From Candidatus Zipacnadia bacterium (lineage in GTDB: Bacteria; Armatimonadota; Zipacnadia; Zipacnadales; UBA5352), in NCBI GenBank assembly GCA_029820295.1, contig JALGVA010000002.1, forward strand, positions 6,069 through 70,068: DNA of 64,000 nt, read 5' to 3'. The notes under the pieces are model-generated. The model had not been told where the DNA came from and searched no databases. It saw nothing but the letters and a program-made list of their open reading frames with translations. Numbering within the stretch: the first letter of the stretch is position 1; each line of letters starts with the position of its first letter. The position numbers were made by a program, and so were the translations under genes. Of the stretch, positions 9,385 through 17,326 are shown piece after piece.

Positions 9385-9656
9385 GTGTGCCCCGCGATCG
9401 TCGCCCTCATCCTCGCCGCAGTGGCCGCGCAGTGCGCGCGCGCAGCGCAATCTGCTCGCCAATCCCTCGTTCGAGGAGGTTGCCGCAGACGACCCCGCCA
9501 TGCCCGCCGGCCGGCAGGCGCATGGTGGCGACACCGAACGGCTTGCCCGCCATCTCACCGACGACGCGCTCGAGGATGAGCGCCGCACGTTCACTCGCGG
9601 GCCCGGTGATCATCGCCGCCGGCGAGGACGGTGAGGTGGTCGGCCTGCTGCCGTAG
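9385..9656 (+). pseudogene. Remnant of a secreted CBM-containing protein (frameshifted, internally deleted)
   Basis: Signal peptide (AIVALILAAVAAQCA), NLLANPSFEE and a C-terminal VIIAAGEDGEVVGLLP* lie in three different frames. Confidence 0.5.
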
Positions 9657-10066
9657 GCTGAGAGCGCGTGCCGGAAACGGATGGTCGGCCATCCCCGTGC
9701 ACAGGATGGTCTGCCCCGCCGCATCTCCCACCGGCGCTGCACCCGCCGGGTTGTTCGAGCCTGCGTGTCCCTTCCACGTCGCTATCCTGCCGCACGCTGT
9801 TCCTCTGTAGCAGACATGGCGCGCGCAACCCACGCGCATGTCAGTTTCTGTCAAAGGTGACGTTTGCGCCAGGGATGAGATGTCCCCCTGAGCTGGTACC
9901 CGAGGTCGCTGCAGCGTGGCAGACCACTGCTGCTGAGCATGTCGCCGGTCCCGGAAAAGCGGGTCCGTTCCGGGGCGGCGCTGGGTCTACGGGCACATGC
10001 ATCCCGAGACCGTTCGGGGCATGCTTGTGGCAGACGTGAGCGTGCCAGGTCGCGAACCGGAGGTGC

Positions 10067-10402
10067 ATGATGCTGCGCGAGATCGTTGTGGGAGCGGTCG
10101 TGCTGGTGCTGATCGCGGGCTGCCAGCCCAAGGCCGGGGGCCTGGTGGGGAAGTGGCAGGCGCACGGGGGCGCAAACAGCATCGAGTTCAGCGACGACGG
10201 ACAAATCACCCAGCACAGGCCCGGGCACATGGTCATGACGTGGTACCGGATCGAGGGGGACCGGATGACTGTCGGCCACGTGGTGAGCGGGATGCCCGAC
10301 GAGACTGTGAAGTTCCAGGTGTCAGGCGACACGCTGACCATCGGCACCTGCCTCGCCCTGGGCACGATGGGTGCGACGACGTTCACACGCATGGAGGATT
10401 AG
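10067..10402 (+). CDS. Small lipoprotein (lipocalin/DUF5640-like)
   Basis: RBS GGAGGTG, lipobox IAGC, LVGKW motif. Confidence 0.75.
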   Translation: MMLREIVVGAVVLVLIAGCQPKAGGLVGKWQAHGGANSIEFSDDGQITQHRPGHMVMTWYRIEGDRMTVGHVVSGMPDETVKFQVSGDTLTIGTCLALGTMGATTFTRMED

Positions 10403-10469
10403 TGCTCACTCGCGCAAGTTCGGGTGCGAAGGCTCCGACAGGCGAGGGCGACTGTCGTACGGGTCTGGT
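10400..10469 (+). repeat. Dispersed repeat copy 1 (left end of MITE-like element)
   Basis: 61/70 ungapped identity to 17080-17149. Confidence 0.8.
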
Positions 10470-11064
10470 CTGTCCTCGATGTGGCGGTGGCCTGCGGGCC
10501 GAGATGGTCGGCAGGACGCAGGTGGACGGCTGTGATGCCTGCGGCGGGCTGTGGTTCGACGCCGATGAGGTGTTCCGCGTGGCGCGGGGTGGCCAGGAGG
10601 CAGTCGCCGGCGCCGAGGCGGTGGTCGAGCCGCCCCCGGCGGGCGCGGGCATGGAGCCGGCGGAGATGGTTTACCCGCGCTGCGACAGCCCACTGTTCGA
10701 CACCGCGGCCGATCCGTCGGACCTGCACCTTGAGGTCAACCCGCACGTGGACCACTGCTGCGAGTGCGGTGGCATCTGGCTGGAGCTGGCGGCGCTGTCG
10801 GTGCTTGTGGACGTGCCGCTGGAATGGCTGCGGGAGTGGCAGGCGCGGCTCGATGCCGCCGTCGCCGGGAACGCTATGAAGGCAGCGGGCGAGGCCCTGT
10901 GCCCGGTCTGCCAGGTCGCCCTGGATGAACGCAGCTACGCGCACGACGAGAGCATATGCATCGACCGCTGCACGGAGTGCGGGGGCACGTGGCTCGATCA
11001 CGGCGAACTGATCGCGGTCAAGCAGGTCTCCATCCGGCAGGACGTGTGGGGCAACCGACCCTGA
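10465..11064 (+). pseudogene. Triple zf-TFIIB (zinc-ribbon) protein, 5' end apparently lost
   Basis: Three repeats of CPxC...D.CxxCGG.W.D; second finger has C->Y; no start codon or RBS, and it abuts the repeat. Confidence 0.55.
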
Positions 11065-11110
11065 GGCACGCAGAGAGCGAGATCGTGACGATGCAGGCGA
11101 GGTGACATCG

Positions 11111-11482
11111 ATGAAGCGCGTGACGCCGGTACTGACTGCCCTGGCCGGCATGTTGACGCTCATCGGATGTGGCGGCGGCTAACTCTTCGAGGCGGTGAAG
11201 GCGAACGACACGGAGGTCGTGCGTGCGCTGCTGGCGGAGGGTGCGTCGGTCCACGTCAAGGGCCCGGACGGCTACCGCCCGCCGCACATGGCCCGTGAGC
11301 AGGGGGATGTCGAGATCGCCCGGCTGCTCCCGGGGCACGCTGCCGACATCGAGGCGCGCGAGGACCGAGGCCGCGTGCCCGTGCACATGGCCGCAGAGAA
11401 CGGCCACGTTCAGGTCGCACACCTCCTGCTGGGGCGCTGGCGGAAGCACTACAACGGAGGAGCCGATGGCTTCTCAGATTAG
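11111..11482 (+). pseudogene. Ankyrin-repeat lipoprotein pseudogene
   Basis: ATG 11111, lipobox LIGC, in-frame TAA at 11180-11182, then same-frame degenerate ankyrin repeats (LFEAVKANDTEVVRALL, PVHMAAENGH). Confidence 0.75.
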
Positions 11483-11686
11483 ACCGCACAGTTTGCCCGG
11501 CTACCGCCCCCCGCCGCGGAGGCGCGCCGGCCCTGGGCTCCGGGCTTCGCTCCGCTCAGCACTGCCGGGCACCACTGCCGTTCGCGTCGTGCCCCTGTCG
11601 GCTCAACGCGTCCCCCGAACTCCGCTCCCGGCGAACTTCCTCGCGCACGGAGATCCGCAAGTGCTCTGCCCGCCACAGCGACTGCA

Positions 11687-12817
11687 CTACCGCCCGGAGT
11701 GCAGCCTGACCGCCTCCTCCAGCTTCGCCATCAGCTTGTCATAGGGCTGGTTGAACTTTTCGATGCCCTCGTCCACGAGCCGGGCGGTGACCTGGTCGAT
11801 GTCGATGCCGACCTCGGGTAGCAGCTCCAGCACCTCGCGGGCGTGGTCGAGGCCGTCCTCGATGCGCAGCTTCGGGTCGCCGTGGTCGCGGTAGGCATCG
11901 AGCGTCTCCACGGGCAGGGTGTTCACGGTCTCGGGGCCCATCAGCGGCTCGACGTACTTGACGTCGCTGTACTCGGGGGTCTTGGTGCTGGTGCTCGCCC
12001 ACAGCAGCCGCTGCACGCGCGCCCCATGGTCGGCGAGGATGCGCCAGCGCGTGGCGCCGAAGGTCTCCAGGTACATCTGATAGGCCACCTTCGCCGAGGC
12101 GACGGCGACCTCCCCGCGCAGCTTCGCGGCGATCTCCGCCTCGCGCCCCTCGCCCTGCATCTTCACCTCGAGCATCGAGTCCACGAGCACGTCGATGCGG
12201 CTGAGGAAGAAGCTGGCGACCGACGCGATGCGGCACACCTCCTCACCGCGCGCGACCCGCTGCTCGATGCCGGCGATGTAGGCCTCCGCCACCTCGGCGT
12301 AGCGCGGCAGGCCGAAGAGCAGCGTGATGTTGACGTTGATGCCCTCGCTGATGAGCTGCTCGATGGCGGGCAGGCCCTCGACCGTGGCCGGGACCTTGAT
12401 GAGCAGGTTGGGCCGGTCGACTGCGGCCCACAGTCGGCGGGCCTCAGCCACCGTGCCGGTGGTGTCGCGTGCCAGGTGCGGGTTGACCTCGAGGCTCACG
12501 AAACCGTGCTGGCCATCGGTGCGGTCATAGAGGGGCCGGAGCAGGTCGGTGGCATTCTGCACGTCCTCGACGGTCAGGGTCTCGTAGACCTCCTCCGCCG
12601 ACTTGCCGGCCCGCGCCATCTCAGCGATCGCCTCGTCGTAGTCCTCGGTCTGGCCGATGGCCTTCTCAAAGATCGACGGGTTCGAGGTGACCCCGCGCAC
12701 GCCGTCCTCTTCGATCATCCGCTGCAGGTCCCCGGACACGATCAGCCCGCGCCCGAGGAAGTCCAGCCAGATGCTCTGCCCGAAGTCCTGCGCCTTAACC
12801 AGCGGATTGTCAGTCAT
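11687..12817 (-). CDS. tal: Transaldolase
   Basis: GQSIWLD, GVTSNPSIF, VSLEVNP, IKVPAT, SVASFFLSRID and RLLWASTSTK motifs. Confidence 0.95.
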   Translation of the reverse strand: MTDNPLVKAQDFGQSIWLDFLGRGLIVSGDLQRMIEEDGVRGVTSNPSIFEKAIGQTEDYDEAIAEMARAGKSAEEVYETLTVEDVQNATDLLRPLYDRTDGQHGFVSLEVNPHLARDTTGTVAEARRLWAAVDRPNLLIKVPATVEGLPAIEQLISEGINVNITLLFGLPRYAEVAEAYIAGIEQRVARGEEVCRIASVASFFLSRIDVLVDSMLEVKMQGEGREAEIAAKLRGEVAVASAKVAYQMYLETFGATRWRILADHGARVQRLLWASTSTKTPEYSDVKYVEPLMGPETVNTLPVETLDAYRDHGDPKLRIEDGLDHAREVLELLPEVGIDIDQVTARLVDEGIEKFNQPYDKLMAKLEEAVRLHSGR

Positions 12818-13164
12818 CGCGTTCGCTCCCCGTCTCCAGTGTTCTGATCTTCGCCAGACGTCGCTCCCAGCGCGGCAGCGCCTTCTACTGCGCCGACAGG
12901 AAGGTGCGCACCAGGTCGAGGGCGAGCTGGTTACCCCCCAGCCACCCAGCCAGATCACGTTGATGTTGTCGTCCTCGACTCCCTGGTGGGCCGAGTACAT
13001 GTCGCTGACCAGCGCCGCCCGCACGCCGGCGACCTTGTTGGCCGCCACGCACGCCCCCACCCCGCGGCCGCAGAGCACGATGTCGCGATCGATCTCGCCC
13101 GCCGCGAGATGAGCCACTGCTTGAGCGCGAAGCCGCCGTGGTCCGACGCAAGGCCGATGCGCAT
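12810..13164 (-). pseudogene. rpiB: Ribose-5-phosphate isomerase B pseudogene
   Basis: MRIGLASDHGG start; the DYP segment is deleted with a frameshift; CGRGVGACVAANK..GVRAA; second frameshift and in-frame TAG at 12885-12887. Confidence 0.85.
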
Positions 13165-13206
13165 GGGGCCTCTCCTGCCCTCGGTTGACCACCCGCCAAT
13201 ATGCGC

Positions 13207-15066
13207 TCAGATGACCGCGCGCACCTTCTCCGCGATGGCGTCGGCGGAGATCTCCTCGTAGTCCAGCAGGTCCGCGGGCAGGCCGCTCATCGGGCGCTTG
13301 CGCACCGCCAGGATGTGCACGGCGACCGGATCGGCAGCCAGCGCCGCCGCGACCGCCTCGCCCAGGCCGCCCGCCGGGTAGTGGTCCTCGACGGTGATGA
13401 TCGGCCCGGCCTGCTCTCCGGCCTGCCGCAATGTGTCAACGTCCAGCGGCTGGATGCTGAAGGCGTCGATGACCCGAATCGCCACGCCCTCAGCCGCGAG
13501 GGCATCGTGCGCCCTGAGCGCCTCATGTACGGTCACGCCCGCGCCCACGACGGTCGCGACGTCATCGTCGCTCTGCCGCAGCACCGCGCAGCCGCCGATG
13601 GCGATGTCATCGTCCGGGTCGTAGATGATCGGCGTCTTCATCCGGGTGGTGCGGATGTAGACCATGCCCTCGTGCCGCGCGGCGGCCTCGACCAGCTTCT
13701 CGGTGGAGATCGCGTCGCAGGGATAGAGCACCGCGCAGTCGGGGATGGCGCGGAACATCGCCATGTCCTCCAGGCCCATCTGCGACGGCCCGTCCTGGCC
13801 GATGGAGACGCCCGCGTGCGAGCCCACGACCTTCAGGTTCGCGTCGGAGTACTGGCTCATGCGGAACTGGTCGTGCGCGCGGCTCAGGAAGGCCGAGAAG
13901 CTCGACGCGAAGGGGATGCGCCCGCGCCGCGCCAGCCCCAGCGCGACCCCGGCCATATTCTGCTCGGCGATGTACATCTCGAAGAAGTGATACGGGTGCT
14001 CCTCCTTGAAGCGCTCGGCACGCGTGGAGTTGCCGACCTCGCCGTCCACGCTCACGATCATCGGGAAGGCGTCGAAGATGCGGTTGAGCGCGTTGCCGTA
14101 GGCGGTGCGCGTGGCCACGGCGTCCTCGGTGTACGCGATCTCGCCCACCGGCCTTACCGACGGCGGGGCGGGGCGCAGGTCCTCGGGCATGAGCACCCGG
14201 CCACGCACCGAGGTGTTCACCTCGCCGAGGTCGGCCAGCGCCTCGGGAAGCTGCTCCTCGCTGACCGCCACGCCGTGCCAGCCGTTCTCGTCCTCGAGGA
14301 AGGTGACGCCCTTGCCCTTGATGGTCCTGGCGATGATCATGGTCGGCCGCTCGGTATCCTGCGCCGCCTGTACATAGGCGTCGATGATCTCCGGGAAGGA
14401 GTGGCCATCGATGACGATGGTGTCCCAGCCGAAGGCCGCGATGCGTTCCTCGTAGGCGCCCAGGTCGTGGCCGTACATGGTCTCGCCGCGCTGGCCGAGG
14501 CGGTTCACGTCGATGATGCCGACCAGGTGGTCGAGGCGGTAGTGGGCGGCGAGCTGGATGGCCTCCCACTGTGAGCCCTCGGCCATCTCGCTGTCGCCGA
14601 GCAGCACGTAGGTGCGGAAGGGCAGCTCGTCGAGGTACTTGCCGGCGATCGCCATGCCGACGCCGATCGCCAGGCCCTGTCCGAGCGAGCCGGTGGCGGC
14701 GTCGCAGTAGCGGAAGCGCGGCGTCGGGTGCCCCTCGAGTTCGCTGCCGAACTCGCGATAGGTCATCAACTCATCCTCGGTCAGGCGATCCGCCAGCAGC
14801 CACAGCGAGTAGAACAGGGGCGTGGCGTGGCCCTTGGAGAAGATGAGGCGATCGTTGTTCGGGTGGTCGGGGTCGTCCAGATCGTAGCGGAAGATGCCAC
14901 CGAACAGCAGCCCCACCATGAGATCGGTGGCCGACATGGCCGACGTCGGGTGGCCCGAGCGGGCCTTCGTGGTCATCTTCAGCGCGTAGTAGCGCGCCAG
15001 CCGCGCCATCGCCTCGAGCTGCTCCCGGTCGGCGCCGTGACTGCTGTCCTCCATCGAGCTGGTCAT
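13207..15066 (-). CDS. tkt: Transketolase (single-chain, about 620 aa)
   Basis: SGHPTS, FSKGHA, TGSLGQG, TPP motif GDSE..EG, IAEQNM and GQDGPSQM. Confidence 0.95.
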   Translation of the reverse strand: MTSSMEDSSHGADREQLEAMARLARYYALKMTTKARSGHPTSAMSATDLMVGLLFGGIFRYDLDDPDHPNNDRLIFSKGHATPLFYSLWLLADRLTEDELMTYREFGSELEGHPTPRFRYCDAATGSLGQGLAIGVGMAIAGKYLDELPFRTYVLLGDSEMAEGSQWEAIQLAAHYRLDHLVGIIDVNRLGQRGETMYGHDLGAYEERIAAFGWDTIVIDGHSFPEIIDAYVQAAQDTERPTMIIARTIKGKGVTFLEDENGWHGVAVSEEQLPEALADLGEVNTSVRGRVLMPEDLRPAPPSVRPVGEIAYTEDAVATRTAYGNALNRIFDAFPMIVSVDGEVGNSTRAERFKEEHPYHFFEMYIAEQNMAGVALGLARRGRIPFASSFSAFLSRAHDQFRMSQYSDANLKVVGSHAGVSIGQDGPSQMGLEDMAMFRAIPDCAVLYPCDAISTEKLVEAAARHEGMVYIRTTRMKTPIIYDPDDDIAIGGCAVLRQSDDDVATVVGAGVTVHEALRAHDALAAEGVAIRVIDAFSIQPLDVDTLRQAGEQAGPIITVEDHYPAGGLGEAVAAALAADPVAVHILAVRKRPMSGLPADLLDYEEISADAIAEKVRAVI

Positions 15067-15330
15067 GGGCCTCTCTCCTTCGCGACCGCAGTGGCGCAGC
15101 GCACGCACACGCAGCTTCGCCATCAGTCTACCAGACGCCCCGGTTCCAGTGGAATGGGGACGGACCCCAGATTGCGCCCCGCGAAGCACTGAACCGGCGG
15201 CGCCTGTGTGTGCCTTCGGGCGAGCCGGCATGATTCCTGCAGAGCGGGGAGGGAATGACAGGCGACCGGATGAAGCACACAGTCAGTGCCTGGCCCCGAT
15301 CCAGGAGATTGTGAACCGACTGCCGGTGCG

Positions 15331-17082
15331 ATGCTGCGTCAGATTGCGAAGGCGACGGCGCTGATCCTGCTCGCCGCGGTCCTGTTCGCGGCGGGCTGGT
15401 TCGTGGGCGCCGGCGGTTGGCCCCGGGAGGGCGCGCCCTGGTTGGGACTGCAGCGGTTCGGCTGGCTGACCGGCTGGCTCGACCGCAGCGAAGACCGGGC
15501 GGACACGGCGTCATTCGCGCCGGCTCGCGTTGCGTCGCCCGGTGAGGCCAGTCTGCTGTTCGTCGGCGACCTGCTGCCTCTGCAGGATCGAGACTACCTG
15601 ACACACGCGACGGCACTGATTGCCTCGGCGGACCTGGCGGTCGGCAACCTCGAGTGCCCGCTCTCCACGCACGGCCGCCGGGCTGCACTGAAGCTCGACG
15701 AGCGTGGGCGCGTGCTGCGCAATGAGTACCTGTTCCGCGCGCCGCCGTCGCAGGCACAGCGCCTGGCCGACGCCGGCTTCGACGCGCTGACGCTGGCGAA
15801 CAACCACACCATGGACTTCGGCGGCGAGGCGCTCCTGGAGACGCTCGCGCAGCTCGACGCCGCCGGCATCGCGCACACCGGCGCCGGACCGGACCGGGCG
15901 GCGGCGCGCGAGCCCATCGTCCGCGAGGTCGCCGGTCAGACGGTCGCGCTGCTGGCCTACGTAAGCGCGGGGACGCTTCCCGGCACCGACGGCTTCGCGG
16001 CCACCGACGAGTTGGCCGGGACGGTCTTCGTCGGCGGCAGCCCCGAAGGAGAGCCCACAGCGACCACGCGGGAGATGCTGCGCAACGACCTGCGCGCCGC
16101 CGGCAAGCGCGCGGACTTTGTGGTCGTCGCCTTCCACTGGGGCACCGAGGGCACCGACGCGCCGGATCCGCTACCGCGCCGGCTCGCCCGCCTGTGCATC
16201 GATGCCGGGGCGGACCTGGTCGTGGGGCACCATCCGCACAAGCTGCAGGGCATCGAGATCTACCAGGGGCGGCCCATCGCCTACAGCCTGGGGAACTTCG
16301 CCTTCCCCACCCCCTGGGAATCCAACCACTTCAGCGCGGCGCTGGAAGTCCGCATCGAGGGGGGGCAGTGGCGGGAGCTGATCGTGCACCCGGTGCGGCT
16401 GCGCTTCCGGGCGGGCGATCCGGCGCCGGCCCAGGGCGCCGATCTGGACGAGATCGTCCGCCGCGTCACGACGCTCTCCGAGCAGCTCGGCACCGCGTGC
16501 GTGTACGAAGAATCCGGCACCGACGCGCGCGTCATCATCGGCAACCCGTCACCCGCCCGGGCGCGGACCGCTCTGCTCAAGGCGGAAGAGCAGCGCTTCT
16601 TCGCCCGGCCGCACTCCGAGCTGGAGGGCATGAGCACGGTGCACTTCCTTGCGTGGGACCTGCAGGGAGGCGGCGAGAAGGTCTCGATGGAGCGCACCGT
16701 GGTGGTGCGGACCACGCTGGCGCCCGAGGTGCTGGAGATCTTCCGGGAGATCTACCTGTCACCCGAGCGCTTCCCGATCCACGAGGTGATCGGCTACGAC
16801 TACCGCACGGTGGCCGGGGGCGGCGGGCGGCTGTCGAACCACGCGCTGGGGCGGGCCATCGACATCAATCGGGCGGAGAACCCGATGATCCAGGATGGCG
16901 AGAAGATCGTGCACCCCGACGAGCCGCCCTACGTCCCGGGTGAGTGGCGGCCCGGCGAGGACCCCTATTCGATCACTCCGGACGGATCGGTGGTCGCGGC
17001 CTTCAAGCGCCGGGGCTGGCACTGGGGCGGCGACTGGACAAGCTGCAAGGACTACCAGCACTTCGACAAGCCGGGCGGCTAA
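15331..17082 (+). CDS. CapA/PgsA-family metallophosphoesterase fused to a C-terminal M15 metallopeptidase
   Basis: FVGD, GNLE, LANNH, FHWGTE, GHHPH and YSLGNF (CapA); SNHALGRAIDIN, WGGDW and DYQHFD (M15); N-terminal membrane anchor. Confidence 0.88.
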   Translation: MLRQIAKATALILLAAVLFAAGWFVGAGGWPREGAPWLGLQRFGWLTGWLDRSEDRADTASFAPARVASPGEASLLFVGDLLPLQDRDYLTHATALIASADLAVGNLECPLSTHGRRAALKLDERGRVLRNEYLFRAPPSQAQRLADAGFDALTLANNHTMDFGGEALLETLAQLDAAGIAHTGAGPDRAAAREPIVREVAGQTVALLAYVSAGTLPGTDGFAATDELAGTVFVGGSPEGEPTATTREMLRNDLRAAGKRADFVVVAFHWGTEGTDAPDPLPRRLARLCIDAGADLVVGHHPHKLQGIEIYQGRPIAYSLGNFAFPTPWESNHFSAALEVRIEGGQWRELIVHPVRLRFRAGDPAPAQGADLDEIVRRVTTLSEQLGTACVYEESGTDARVIIGNPSPARARTALLKAEEQRFFARPHSELEGMSTVHFLAWDLQGGGEKVSMERTVVVRTTLAPEVLEIFREIYLSPERFPIHEVIGYDYRTVAGGGGRLSNHALGRAIDINRAENPMIQDGEKIVHPDEPPYVPGEWRPGEDPYSITPDGSVVAAFKRRGWHWGGDWTSCKDYQHFDKPGG

Positions 17083-17252
17083 TACTCACTCGCGCAAGTT
17101 CCGGTGCGAACGCTCGGGCAGGCGAGGGCGCCGGTCGCACGGGTCTGGTATGCGAGAAGGGGACGAAAGCCCGTGACGTAGTGCAGACGCCCCCGCCTGC
17201 ACACGCCGTCGGCACCGACCGTGAATACGTGCATTTCCGCAAGCAAGCACCA
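17080..17252 (+). mobile_element. Putative MITE (173 bp), dispersed repeat copy 2
   Basis: First 70 bp match 10400-10469; degenerate terminal inverted repeats (12/21 identity); GCGGC on both flanks. Confidence 0.5.
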
Positions 17253-17326
17253 GCGGCAGGCCCGCCGGTGAAAGGCGGGCTGGACGGCCTCCGTGGTCGT
17301 CGCGACGCAGGAAGGTGGGCGAGACG

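Noticed and set aside
9657-10066. Structured RNA or MITE in the 400-bp intergenic region
   Set aside because: Only short hairpins and a weak gapped inverted repeat; no target duplication or recognisable consensus.
10067-11690. Integron cassette array (small genes separated by a repeat)
   Set aside because: No RYYYAAC...GTTRRRY attC boxes and no integrase; the repeat behaves more like an IS end.
11687-13192. 501-aa RpiB-transaldolase fusion ORF
   Set aside because: Chance read-through of a frameshifted rpiB fragment into the tal frame; tal has its own start at 12817.
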